In this document: in pieces, positions 52,084 to 61,906 of the stretch
Layout: each line of letters starts with the position of its first letter
Position numbering within the stretch: the stretch's first letter is position 1
Assembly: GCA_963734545.1 (NCBI GenBank)
Contig: CAVTHO010000004.1
Coordinates: 352,001-416,000, forward strand
Origin: an uncultured Spirochaetota bacterium
Lineage (GTDB): Bacteria > Spirochaetota > Spirochaetia > SZUA-6 > Fen-1364
Length of the DNA stretch: 64,000 nucleotides
Reading direction: 5' to 3'
Program-made: the position numbers and the translations under genes
The notes under the pieces: generated by a model
Seen by the model: only the letters and a program-made list of their open reading frames with translations
Told to the model about the DNA's origin: nothing
The model's database searches: none

Positions 52084-52757
52084 CTACCTGCCGTACGCCT
52101 TTTGCAGCGCCTTGATGTCGAGCTTCTCCATCTTCAGTATCGCTGCCATGACCTTGTTCGACCGGGCCGGGTCCTTGTCGGTGATCATGGCGGCAAGCGC
52201 AGAGGGGACGATCTGCCAGGAGACGCCATACCTGTCCCGGACCCAGCCGCACTGCTCTTTCTGCCCGCCCTCGGAAAGCTTGTCCCACAGCTCATCGATT
52301 TCCTTCTGCGTATCGCAGTTGATATAGAACGAGATGCCGGGCGTGAACGTGAAATCGTGTTCCCCGTTGCTGTCCATGGCCATGAACTCCTGGCCGCCCA
52401 GGGAGAACCTGGCGTGCATGACGGTTCCCTCGGGCTCGCCCTGGCCCGGGCCGTAGCGCTCGACCTGCTCGATGCGGGAGCTCCCCAGCAGGGAGACATA
52501 GTGCTTGATTGCCTCCTCGGTCTTTCCATGCTGCTTCCCGACAAACATGAGGAACGGGGTGATCTTCTTTGCTCCGCCGGTTAGATTGAGCTGCCGAGCT
52601 GGAAGGAGACGGTGAGCACGGTCCCCTTGGGCGCAGGACCCGAATCTCCGTAGTAGGCTTTGGCCGCGATTTTCGAACTGTCAAAGAGCGATGTATAGAA
52701 CTTTGCGGCTTCCTCGGCCTGGGTGTCGAACCACAGGAACGGAACGATCTTCTGCAT
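52084..52757 (-). pseudogene. Two-domain VOC/PhnB (3-demethylubiquinone-9 methyltransferase-like) protein with internal out-of-frame deletion
   Basis: [21 protein letters not shown]...TVSFQL then a stop; the second frame gives [17 protein letters not shown]...CGWVRDRYGVSWQI; second half of domain 1 is missing. Confidence 0.75.
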
Positions 52758-52780
52758 ACAGCCCCTCCTTCACTTCTCGC

Positions 52781-55651
52781 TTAACGGCCCTCGGGGTACA
52801 GGACGACCTGCAGGTAGGCATCCGGCCTGAGCAGCTCCCCTGCCTTTGCCCGGAGGCTCTGCGCGGTGACGGCCGCGAGCCTCTTGTCGAAATCAAGCAT
52901 GGCGCGGGGGTCGAGCCCGTTGAGGGAGAGCATCTGCAGGGTGCCCAGCCAGTACCCGTTTTCCCGCAGGTTCTGCTCGTGCTCGCGGCTGAGCATTTCC
53001 TTCACATTGGCCACGTCCACCTGGTTCGGGCCCTGCTCCCTCATGCGCGAGACCTCGCGGAGGGCAAGGCCGGTCATGGCCTCGACGTTCTGCGGCGCGC
53101 AGCCGAACCCGATGCTGACCGTGTACTCCTCGGTCGGGAACCGGTTGAGCTGCGCGCTCACCCCTGCATCGTAGGAACCGCCGGCCTCCTCCCGGACGAC
53201 CTCCCGGATCCGGATGTCCATGACGCGCCCCAGCGCCGCCACCTGCAGGCTGTTCGCGAGCGACCATGGCGTGCTCCCGCTGTACAGCAGCTCGACCCTG
53301 CTCTGCGGCTCCAGTCCCTTCCTGACCTCTTTGCGCACGATGCCTTTCGGGGGCCTGATGCCGACGTCTCTCCACGACTCCACGCGTCCCTGGGACGGCA
53401 GGGAGCCGAGGTAGCGGCGGACGAGCGGCTCGATGCCCGCAAGGGAAAAGCTGCCGACGAAGAAGAAGTGAAAGTCACCGGCGTCCTTGAACCTGTCGCG
53501 ATATACCCTGAGGGAGGCGTCCAGGTCCATTTCCTTCAAACGCTCGGGACCCCATGCCCTGCCCCGGGGGTGCTGCTGGCTGAGAAGGTCAGCGATCGTG
53601 TCGAAGAAGACAGACCGCGGCGAGGAGGCGCGGTTCTCCAGGCTGGTCTTCAGCCTCTGGAGGTAGACCTGGTAGGCCTCGGAATCCTTCCGCGGCTCGG
53701 TCATGTAGAGGACGATGAGCTGGAAGAGGGTTTCCAGGTCCTCGGGCCGGGCGCTCCCTCCAAGGCCCTCCTGAAGGTCACTGATCCAGGGCGCCACGTC
53801 CACTGTCTTTCCGGCGAGCAGCTTGCGAAGCGTGGTGGAATCCAGGCCGTCCACACCGCTGTCAGCCACGATTCGGGGCGCGGCGACCGCGGCCGTGTAG
53901 TCCGCGTCTGAAACGAGAGAGGTGCCGCCGGGGCTCGTGGCGCCGAAGAGGACCTCATCCGTCTTGAAGTCGGTGGGCTTCAGCGTCACTGCTACTCCGT
54001 TGTCCAGCTTCCACTCAGTGATGCCCATCCCGGGGACCTCCGTGCGCGACACCACGGCCGCATCCCGGAGCGGTCCGGTGAAAAGCAGCCTGCCGGCCAC
54101 CCGGTCCTCATAGGGGGCGATATCCGCCCGGGCGACCCGGTCGAATACCTGTCCGACCTGTGCGGCGCCGGGCACTGCCGGCGCCTGCTTTGCGGGGGCA
54201 TTCACGAGCACGACCCTGTTGTCCGCTGTCACGAGCTCTCCTGCCAGCCTGTTCACCTCGTCCAGTCCGATCTCTGAGACGAACCTGTTGTACACGGCAT
54301 AATCGGTCTCCACCGAGGTCAACGGCTCCTGCTCCAGGAAGTTGTCCACGAGAAAGCCCGCGACATTGTCCGACGGGATATTCTGCCTGTCCGCGTAGTA
54401 CTGCGCGATCGACGAGAGCAGATCTCTCTTCTCCCTCTCCAGCTCGGACGCGGTGAAACCGTGGCGACGGACCCTCTCGGCTTCAGTGAGGAGCGTCTCC
54501 AGGGCGTCCCCGATCCTGTCTTCACGTACACGCGCGGAAAGCACGTACGCGTCCTTCGATCGAACGAGCCTTGCGGATCCCGCCCCCCCGGAGGCGAGGG
54601 AGGACCCCGGCCGCCTGGCGATCTCATCGATGCGCTTGTTCAGCATGCCGTCGTACAGGTTCTCCAGGATCCGCCGCCGGTAGTCCGCGAAAGTGCGCAC
54701 GACTTTTACCGGGTGCTTCACGTAGAGGGCCACACGGGTCGTCGTGGCCTCCGGGTCAGTGGCAGGCGCGTAGAGCGTGCCGGGAGTGTCGGGGACCGGG
54801 GACAGGAGACGGGGCCGGGGTTTCACGGCAGCGGGGATCCTTCCAAAATGGCTCCGAATGAGGTCAACCATGCGGGCCGTGTCAAAATCACCCGCGGCGA
54901 CCACTGCCATCAGATCGGGTCTGTACCAGTCGCGGTAGAACCGCTTCAAGTCAGCCGCTTCGGCCTTCTGCACGATCTCCATCTTCCCGATGGGCTCCCT
55001 CACGGCGTAGCGGGAATCCTTGAAAAGAACAGGGTACTGGATGTCCCGCATGCGGGCGTCCGCGCCCCGTCGGAGCCGCCACTCCTCCACGATGATCGGC
55101 CTCTCTTTCACCGTTTCCACGGCGTCGAATGTGATCCTGTGAGCCCACTCCTCCAGGATCTGCACGGCGGTCTCCTCGATCTTTGGATCGTCCGTGGGAA
55201 TCTGCAGCTTGTATACTGTTTCGTCGAAGGTCGTGTAGGCGTTCACCTCCGGCCCGAAGCTCATTCCGATCGACTCGAGGTACTCCACGATCTTCTGCTT
55301 CTCGAAGCTCTCGGTCCCATTGAATGCCATGTGCTCCACGAAGTGGGCCAGGCCCCGCTGGTCGTCGTCCTCCTGGAGGGAGCCAGCGTTCACCACGAGA
55401 CGCAGCTCCGCCCGGTTCTCCGGTTTCAGGTTCCTGCGCACGTAGTAGGTGAGGCCGTTCTCCAGCGTGCCGGTGACGATCTCCGGGTCGACGGGCAGGA
55501 CGGCGCTTTCGGGCGCGCTGCGGACGTCGACAGGAACCTGCGGGGTCACGCACCCCGCGGCAGCGAGAAGAAGCGCGGTGAGCAGTGCGGCCGCGCATAA
55601 CCGTGGCCAGTGGAATCCCGATAAGAGCCGTCGCACGCTTGTAGATTGCAT
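52781..55651 (-). CDS. M16 family zinc metallopeptidase (PqqL-like), predicted lipoprotein
   Basis: GLAHFVEHMAFNG inverted zincin motif, NAYTTFDETVY, FYRDWYRPD; lipobox-like LAAAGC. Confidence 0.93.
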   Translation of the reverse strand: MQSTSVRRLLSGFHWPRLCAAALLTALLLAAAGCVTPQVPVDVRSAPESAVLPVDPEIVTGTLENGLTYYVRRNLKPENRAELRLVVNAGSLQEDDDQRGLAHFVEHMAFNGTESFEKQKIVEYLESIGMSFGPEVNAYTTFDETVYKLQIPTDDPKIEETAVQILEEWAHRITFDAVETVKERPIIVEEWRLRRGADARMRDIQYPVLFKDSRYAVREPIGKMEIVQKAEAADLKRFYRDWYRPDLMAVVAAGDFDTARMVDLIRSHFGRIPAAVKPRPRLLSPVPDTPGTLYAPATDPEATTTRVALYVKHPVKVVRTFADYRRRILENLYDGMLNKRIDEIARRPGSSLASGGAGSARLVRSKDAYVLSARVREDRIGDALETLLTEAERVRRHGFTASELEREKRDLLSSIAQYYADRQNIPSDNVAGFLVDNFLEQEPLTSVETDYAVYNRFVSEIGLDEVNRLAGELVTADNRVVLVNAPAKQAPAVPGAAQVGQVFDRVARADIAPYEDRVAGRLLFTGPLRDAAVVSRTEVPGMGITEWKLDNGVAVTLKPTDFKTDEVLFGATSPGGTSLVSDADYTAAVAAPRIVADSGVDGLDSTTLRKLLAGKTVDVAPWISDLQEGLGGSARPEDLETLFQLIVLYMTEPRKDSEAYQVYLQRLKTSLENRASSPRSVFFDTIADLLSQQHPRGRAWGPERLKEMDLDASLRVYRDRFKDAGDFHFFFVGSFSLAGIEPLVRRYLGSLPSQGRVESWRDVGIRPPKGIVRKEVRKGLEPQSRVELLYSGSTPWSLANSLQVAALGRVMDIRIREVVREEAGGSYDAGVSAQLNRFPTEEYTVSIGFGCAPQNVEAMTGLALREVSRMREQGPNQVDVANVKEMLSREHEQNLRENGYWLGTLQMLSLNGLDPRAMLDFDKRLAAVTAQSLRAKAGELLRPDAYLQVVLYPEGR

Positions 55652-55784
55652 CCAGCACAAGATACGCGCCGCGGCTGAAAACGACAAATCATGGGGCCGG
55701 AAGCGACAAAGCGTTGTTTGTCGATTCCCGGCATTCGAAAGCGACGTATATTCGACACATAGTCACTCACAGAGGAGGTACATC

Positions 55785-56429
55785 ATGCAGTCAAATTCCG
55801 GTCTGACCAGAACGCTGCTGGCCGGCGGCGTCATTACCGGACCGTTGTTCTTCGTTTCGGCAATCATCCAAGGCCTCGCAAGGCCGGGGTTCGATATCCG
55901 CCGCAATGCCATCAGCCAGTTGAGCCTCGGAGACCTCGGGTGGATCCAGATCACGAGCTTCCTGGTCACCGGTCTGCTCGCCATTGCGTGCGCTTTCGGA
56001 GTGAGACGCGCCCTGAAGGGAGGAAAGGGAGGGACCTGGGGCGCCATCTTGGCCGGGGTGCTCGGCGTGGGCCTGATCCTGGCAGGCATATTCCCGCCGG
56101 ATCCTGCCAATGGCTTCCCGCCTGGCGCCCCGGATGGTCAGCCGTCCACAATGAGCGCAAGCGCGTCCCTGCACGCGGTGGGCTTCATGCTCTCAATGCT
56201 TTCGGTGATCATCAATTGTTTCGTCTTTGCCCGCAGGTTCGGCGCCCTCAAGCAGACCGGGTGGGTCATCTATTGCATCGCATCAGTCGTGGCCATCCCT
56301 CTGCTCATCGTCTTGAGCACTGTTTTCATGAGCTGGGGCGGCGTGATCGTGGCCCTTGCAGGCGCGGTTGTATTTGGATGGCTGTGCGCGATTTCGGCGC
56401 GGATCCTCTCTGAGGTCAGCGGTCCCTGA
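55785..56429 (+). CDS. DUF998 family membrane protein (paralog of 48460-49104)
   Basis: RPGFDIRRNAISQLSLGDLGWIQ; GIFPPDPANGFPPG; GAGGAGG RBS. Confidence 0.85.
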   Translation: MQSNSGLTRTLLAGGVITGPLFFVSAIIQGLARPGFDIRRNAISQLSLGDLGWIQITSFLVTGLLAIACAFGVRRALKGGKGGTWGAILAGVLGVGLILAGIFPPDPANGFPPGAPDGQPSTMSASASLHAVGFMLSMLSVIINCFVFARRFGALKQTGWVIYCIASVVAIPLLIVLSTVFMSWGGVIVALAGAVVFGWLCAISARILSEVSGP

Positions 56430-57072
56430 TGGCTCCCACGTCGAGCCCTGCCTCTGCCAGGTGGGAAAGCCTGTTCAGGTACACGAGGGAAGCCGGAGGG
56501 GCGCCGTTACGACTTCCCTCCTCGACGCGCAGCTCCGAGAGAGAGCCCGTGTAGAGGTGAAAAGGATATCTCGCGGCAGGCGGGATATGCATGAGCGAGC
56601 AGATCAGCACCTGGAAGACCAGGAGATGGGCCACGATGGCCACGGTATTCACCCGGGAGGACAGGAGCTCGGTCACAAATCGGGATACGCGTCCCCCGAC
56701 GTCCGCGGAGGGCTCTCCGTCCGGCGGTGTGGCCCGGGGGTTGCCCAGCCATTGCTCCAGCTCACCCGGCAGTGTGCGGCGCACCTCCTCCAGTGTCATG
56801 CCTTCCCAGAGCCCGAGGTCCACTTCCCGCAGCCGGGAATCCAGCACCACGGGAACAGGCGCCGCCTGGCAGCCCGCGATGATATCCGCTGTTTCCCGCG
56901 CCCGTTTCATGTCGCTCGCCACGAGCATGCCCAGCGCTTCCCCTCGCAGCGCCTGGCCGGCTGCCTGCGCCTGGGCCCTTCCGATTCTGCTCAAACCGAG
57001 GTCGGTCCGTCCCTGGAGACGCGCGGAGAGATTTCCCCCGGTCTCGCCGTGCCGCACGAGAATCAGGCGCAC
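56416..57072 (-). CDS. Histidine phosphatase (phosphoglycerate mutase-like) family protein
   Basis: LVRHGET, SDMKRARETA, LREVDLGLWEG, IVAH; start approximate (GTG at 57072). Confidence 0.88.
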   Translation of the reverse strand: MRLILVRHGETGGNLSARLQGRTDLGLSRIGRAQAQAAGQALRGEALGMLVASDMKRARETADIIAGCQAAPVPVVLDSRLREVDLGLWEGMTLEEVRRTLPGELEQWLGNPRATPPDGEPSADVGGRVSRFVTELLSSRVNTVAIVAHLLVFQVLICSLMHIPPAARYPFHLYTGSLSELRVEEGSRNGAPPASLVYLNRLSHLAEAGLDVGAIRDR

Positions 57073-57128
57073 GATGACGCCGGGAAAAAAAAGACTTGCA
57101 ATTCCTTCAGTCTCATAATACAGTCCTA

Positions 57129-57168
57129 TCACAAATGTGCACAAATGTGAATACACCATTGTGCACAA
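57129..57168. promoter_or_regulatory. Candidate SorC-family operator
   Basis: TCACAAATGTGCACAAATGTGA (tandem CACAAATGTG, pseudo-palindromic) plus TTGTGCACAA just upstream of the regulator. Confidence 0.6.
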
Positions 57169-57178
57169 GGGCTGCCGG

Positions 57179-58219
57179 ATGAAGGACAAGAAAACAGCGC
57201 TCCTCATGGAGATTGCCCGCGCCTACTACCTGGAGAACAGAAACCAGTCGGAGATTGCCAAGAGCACGGGTGTCACCCGCAGCCAGATCTCCCGGTACCT
57301 GAAAGAAGTCAGGGAAAAGGGGATCGTCCAGATCCGTATCGCTGAGCCGGACCGGCAGTTCGGCACCCTCCGCGCCTCCCTCCTGCGGGCGTTCCCCCAC
57401 CTGAAGGAGGTCGTGATCGCACCCGCCTTCAGCGAAGACCTGGAGAACACCCGGGAGATCGTGGGCCGGTACGCGGCCAACTTCCTGCGGGAAGCGGTCC
57501 GTCCGGGCCAGACGCTCGTCTTCGGGTGCGGCCGCACGCTTCGCTGCGTGGCCGGCGCGTTGCTCCCCCGCAGGGTGGCGGGGCTCTCCGTGGTGCAGGC
57601 CATGGGGAACCTCGGCCACGACGCGCACGGCATCGACTACAACGAGATCACGAGGGCCGCGGCCCACCCCTTCGAGGCCCGGCCGTACTTCATCAGCTCC
57701 CCCGCAATCCTCGGCGAGGGGTCCGGGAGCGCCCGTGACCTCATTGCGGCAAACCCGACCATCCGGGACGCGCTTGCCATGGCCCGGGCCGGTGATGTCT
57801 TCGTGGTCGGGCTGGGCTCCCTGCAGAGCGACCAGCTCTATGTCCGTGTCGGCATGATCGAGCAGGGGGAGATAGATGAGCTCAAGGGACGCGCGGTGGG
57901 CGACATCTGCGGCCGGTTCTACGACGAGAAGGGAAAGGAACGGGTCTCCTCCTTTGCCTCGCGCATCGTCGGCATCGAGCTGGAAGACCTCCGCCGCGGC
58001 CGGCTCTCCCTGGGGGTGGCGTGCGGAAATGACAAGGTGGCTCCCATACTCGGCGCGCTCAACGGCAGGTTCATCAATGTGCTTGCCTCTGATGAAAACA
58101 CCATCGCCCGTGTCCTCCAGGAGCTATCCGGCAGCGGGGGACAGGGGGAAGGGAGGGGTGCGGCAAAAAAGCGTGTGGGTGTGACCAAAAAACCAATCCT
58201 GAAAAGGGGGAAAGCATGA
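57179..58219 (+). CDS. Sugar-binding transcriptional regulator, SorC/DeoR/LsrR family
   Basis: IARAYYLE...QSEIAK..GVTRSQISRYL..GIVQIRI; AVGDICGRFYD; KVAPILGAL. Confidence 0.92.
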   Translation: MKDKKTALLMEIARAYYLENRNQSEIAKSTGVTRSQISRYLKEVREKGIVQIRIAEPDRQFGTLRASLLRAFPHLKEVVIAPAFSEDLENTREIVGRYAANFLREAVRPGQTLVFGCGRTLRCVAGALLPRRVAGLSVVQAMGNLGHDAHGIDYNEITRAAAHPFEARPYFISSPAILGEGSGSARDLIAANPTIRDALAMARAGDVFVVGLGSLQSDQLYVRVGMIEQGEIDELKGRAVGDICGRFYDEKGKERVSSFASRIVGIELEDLRRGRLSLGVACGNDKVAPILGALNGRFINVLASDENTIARVLQELSGSGGQGEGRGAAKKRVGVTKKPILKRGKA

Positions 58220-59244
58220 AGAGAGTCGTGATACCGGGGATCATCCTGCTTCTGTGCGCGGCGCTCGCCGTGGCCCAGGCAGGCAAAGGAAGTTATCCCC
58301 AGCCCAAGCTCATCAACACGGGGCTTGGTGTTGCATCTGACCTCACGCCGACGGACAAGGAGATTGCCGCGGCCCGCCAGAGGCTGCAGAAGGAGGACTC
58401 CTTCGTCGGCGTCATCGCCATGACCTATTCCACCGAGTACCATGCCGCGGTGGCAGAGGGGGCCGAGAACGCGCTCAAGAAGCTGGGGCTCCGCGTGAAG
58501 ACCTTCGATTCGGAGCTGAAAGTGGACAAGCAGATCAGCGCGATAGAGAGCTTCACGGCAAGCGGCGCATCGGCCATCATCATCGGGCTCTTCGATCCGC
58601 CCAGCGTGCGCTCCGCGCTGGCGGACGCGGCAAAGAAGGGCGTGATGATCGTCCAGTACGCGGGCCGTGACGTGGTGGACCTCGGCGGCGTCTCCATCAG
58701 CATCGAGGATGCGGACCTGGGCTATGCCGCCGGCGAATACGCGGGCAAGCTCATCGCAAAGGAGAAGGCAGGCAAGGCACAGGTTGCCATCCTGGACTAC
58801 CCGGACCTTCCCAATGTCGTCGTACGCGCGGAGAACATCGCCAAGGCCCTGAAGAAGGAAGCTCCGGGCGCGCAGATCGTGGGCAACTACCTCGGAGGCA
58901 CGCCGGAGAACGGGCTGAACTCGATGGAGTCCGCGCTCCAGGCGCATCCCGACATCAACGTTGTTGCCAGCATCAACGACGCGGGCGCCTTCGGCGCCAT
59001 GAAAGCGCTGCAGAACGCCGGGCGCACGGCAGGCAACATGATCGTCGTGGGCATCGACGCGGAGAAGCAGGCGCTGGAGTACATCAGGAACGGCACGATG
59101 TATCGCGGCACAATCGACACTGCCCCTGCAACCACGGGGGCGATGGCCGCGAACGCGGTGGTGAAGCTCCTTGCGGGCGGCACGCTTCCGCAGCGGGTCC
59201 GGGTGCCCGTGAACCTCATCACCCGGGAAAACGTCGGCAAGTAA
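58216..59244 (+). CDS. Monosaccharide ABC transporter substrate-binding protein (RbsB-like)
   Basis: Signal peptide; KQISAIE, INDAGAFGA, VVGIDA periplasmic binding protein type 1 motifs. Confidence 0.9.
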   Translation: MKRVVIPGIILLLCAALAVAQAGKGSYPQPKLINTGLGVASDLTPTDKEIAAARQRLQKEDSFVGVIAMTYSTEYHAAVAEGAENALKKLGLRVKTFDSELKVDKQISAIESFTASGASAIIIGLFDPPSVRSALADAAKKGVMIVQYAGRDVVDLGGVSISIEDADLGYAAGEYAGKLIAKEKAGKAQVAILDYPDLPNVVVRAENIAKALKKEAPGAQIVGNYLGGTPENGLNSMESALQAHPDINVVASINDAGAFGAMKALQNAGRTAGNMIVVGIDAEKQALEYIRNGTMYRGTIDTAPATTGAMAANAVVKLLAGGTLPQRVRVPVNLITRENVGK

Positions 59245-59251
59245 GAACGCA

Positions 59252-59326
59252 GAACCTCTGAAGATGTACATTTCCAGAGGTTCGAGATTCATACTACTGG
59301 TCGGGGGAGGCGCTCCGCCTCCCCCG
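59252..59326 (+). terminator. Two intergenic stem-loops after the binding-protein gene (mRNA stabiliser/attenuator)
   Basis: GAACCTCTG...CAGAGGTTC (59252-59283) and CGGGGGAGGCG-CTC-CGCCTCCCCCG (59302-59326). Confidence 0.65.
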
Positions 59327-59340
59327 CTCTCAGGGAGGAC

Positions 59341-60330
59341 ATGATGCGGAACGCCCCGGCAGCCCAGGGAGGAATTCTCAGCTCGCGCAGATGGATCAGC
59401 TTCCTGGGCGAGCAGGGATTCGTGGTCATTTTCATCCTGTGGCTCTTGTTTCTCACCTTCACCACGAGCTCGTTTGCCACCATGGACAATGTCAGCACCG
59501 TCCTCCGGCAGGCAGCCATCATCGCCATAGTGGCAATCGGGGAGCACTTCATCGTGCTCCTGGGAACCATGGACGTGTCACTGCCGTCCATCCTCACGGT
59601 CGGCGGCGTGTTCACCGGCGCCCTTATGGTCAACGCGCATATGCCGGCCCTGCCTGCCGCTCTGTGCGTCCTGGCCCTGGGCGCGCTCCTGGGCCTTGCG
59701 AATGGCGTGATCGTCACGCGGCTGAAGATCAACCCGATCATCACCACGCTGGGAATGATGTACATCCTTTCCGGAGTCGCCTTTGTGTACACCAGGGGCA
59801 GGACAGTCTACGGAGAGGCCCTGGCGCCCATCGACTTCCTGGCCCGCGGGAAACTGCTCGGCATATCGGCCCCCATCCTGATCATGTTCGTCCTCTATGT
59901 CATCTTCCATCTCGTGCTGCGCTACACCCGGTTCGGCGCGCGGGTCTTTGCAGCAGGCAACAACGAGAAAGCCTCCTGGCTCGCCGGGATCAAGACCTCC
60001 CGGGTCAAGCAGAACGTCTTCATGCTGGCAGGAATCCTTGCCGCCTTTGCCGGTTTCATGCAGGTGGCCCGGCAGGGATCCGCTTCGGCGAGCATGGGGG
60101 ATGATTTTCTCTTTCCCGTGCTCACCGCCGTGGTCCTGGGCGGCACGAGCCTCTCCGGCGGAAAGGGCAAGATCTTCAACACGCTCATCGCCTCGATCTT
60201 CCTGATGACGATCAAGAACGGGATGATCCTCCTTGACCTCAGTATCTACATCCAGAAGATCATCCAGGGGGCAATCCTGATCCTCGCCCTCTCGCTGGAT
60301 CGACTCCGCACAGCCAAGGGCGCTTCATGA
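59341..60330 (+). CDS. Monosaccharide ABC transporter permease (RbsC-like)
   Basis: INPIITTLG, TRFGARVFAAGNNEKA, AVVLGGTSLSGGKG. Confidence 0.92.
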   Translation: MMRNAPAAQGGILSSRRWISFLGEQGFVVIFILWLLFLTFTTSSFATMDNVSTVLRQAAIIAIVAIGEHFIVLLGTMDVSLPSILTVGGVFTGALMVNAHMPALPAALCVLALGALLGLANGVIVTRLKINPIITTLGMMYILSGVAFVYTRGRTVYGEALAPIDFLARGKLLGISAPILIMFVLYVIFHLVLRYTRFGARVFAAGNNEKASWLAGIKTSRVKQNVFMLAGILAAFAGFMQVARQGSASASMGDDFLFPVLTAVVLGGTSLSGGKGKIFNTLIASIFLMTIKNGMILLDLSIYIQKIIQGAILILALSLDRLRTAKGAS

Positions 60331-61892
60331 GCGCTGCGACAGGGTCGGCCCCGGCCGCCACGCCGGGGTCACCCTCGACCCTCGAGCCGCACGTCCGCTT
60401 CCAGGCGGTCAGCAAGTCCTACCCCGGCGTCCAGGCCCTGAAGGATGTCACCTTCGACATTGCCCGGGGCGAGCTTCACGCGATTGTAGGGGAAAACGGC
60501 GCAGGGAAGTCCACGCTGATCAAGCTGCTCTCCGGGGCGGTGATGCCGGACTCGGGGACCATCCTGGTCAAGGGCGCGCCCTTCTCTCCGCGCGACCCCA
60601 AGGACTCCCTGCGCGCGGGGATTTCGACGATCTACCAGGTCTTCAATCTCCTGCCTGACCAGTCCGTGGCGCGCAACATCTTCCTGGGCAAAGAACCCGC
60701 GGCCGGAGGGGTCTGGCTTGCCGAGCGGCAGATGACGGAGAAGACCGCGGCCATCCTGGCCACGCTGGATGCATCCCACGTGTCGCCTCGGGTAACAGTA
60801 CGCAGCCTGCGCGTGGGGGAGCAGCAGATCGTTGAAATCGCCAAGGCACTCCTCAACAACGCCGAGCTCCTCGTCATGGACGAGCCGACCTCCACGCTCA
60901 ACCGGGCCGAGGTCGATGCGTTGTTTCGAAACATTCGCATGCTGCGCCAGAAGGGTGTCACCATCCTCTACATCTCCCATCACCTGGACGAGGTGTTCGA
61001 GCTGGCGGACAGCGTCACGGTGATGCGGGACGGCGGTCATATCAGGACAGGCCCTGTTTCCGGCTATACCCGCGAGTCCATGATCTTTGACATGATCGGA
61101 AGAGAGGTTCCCGCCGACCTGTCCGCCGCGGCGCCAGCAGAGGAGAAAGTGCTCCTCGAGGTGCGCGGGCTCTACTCGGGAGCGCTCCTGAAGGATGTCA
61201 GCTTCTCCGTCCGGGCAGGGGAAATCCTCGCCGTGGCCGGGCTCTCCGGAAGCGGCAAGACCGAGCTGGCCAAGGCGCTCTTTGGAGAGATCCCCGTGAA
61301 CGCCGGCAGCATCCTGCTGAAGGGCAGGCCGTTTCATCCCTCGCCGTCAGGAGCAATCGAGAGGGGCATGATCTACCTGCCGGAGGACAGGAAGAACGAC
61401 GGCCTCCTCGCGGCACAGAGCATCAAGAGGAACATCGTGCTGTCCATCCTGCCGCGGATATCGCGCAAGCTGGGCATCCTCAACCTGCGCCAGGAGAAGC
61501 GCGTGGCGGAGGACCAGGTGCAGGCGTTGAGCATCAAGACCACGGGGACCGGTATGCCCGTGGACAGCCTGAGCGGAGGCAACCAGCAGAAAGTGGCGCT
61601 GGCGCGCTGTCTTGCGGCGGACCCGGAGGTGCTGATCCTTGCCGAGCCCACGCAGGGCATCGACATCGGCGTGAAGTTCGAGTTGTACAAGTTCATCATC
61701 GACCAGTCCAGGAACGGCAGGGCCGTCCTGCTGGTCTCATCCGAGATCGCGGAGATCGTGCGGCTCAGCCACAGGGTCATGGTCATGCGGGAAGGCAGGA
61801 TCGCCGCAATCCTGGACCGGGCGCAGATGAGCCAGGAGAGGATCCTGGCCATTGCCCTGGGCGTGGAAACACAAACCCCGACACAATCCTGA
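60327..61892 (+). CDS. Monosaccharide ABC transporter ATP-binding protein (RbsA-like, tandem NBD)
   Basis: GENGAGKST, MDEPT, PEDRK, LSGGNQQK, EPTQGIDIG. Confidence 0.94.
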   Translation: MSAATGSAPAATPGSPSTLEPHVRFQAVSKSYPGVQALKDVTFDIARGELHAIVGENGAGKSTLIKLLSGAVMPDSGTILVKGAPFSPRDPKDSLRAGISTIYQVFNLLPDQSVARNIFLGKEPAAGGVWLAERQMTEKTAAILATLDASHVSPRVTVRSLRVGEQQIVEIAKALLNNAELLVMDEPTSTLNRAEVDALFRNIRMLRQKGVTILYISHHLDEVFELADSVTVMRDGGHIRTGPVSGYTRESMIFDMIGREVPADLSAAAPAEEKVLLEVRGLYSGALLKDVSFSVRAGEILAVAGLSGSGKTELAKALFGEIPVNAGSILLKGRPFHPSPSGAIERGMIYLPEDRKNDGLLAAQSIKRNIVLSILPRISRKLGILNLRQEKRVAEDQVQALSIKTTGTGMPVDSLSGGNQQKVALARCLAADPEVLILAEPTQGIDIGVKFELYKFIIDQSRNGRAVLLVSSEIAEIVRLSHRVMVMREGRIAAILDRAQMSQERILAIALGVETQTPTQS

Positions 61893-61906
61893 AGGAGGAT
61901 TTCGAC

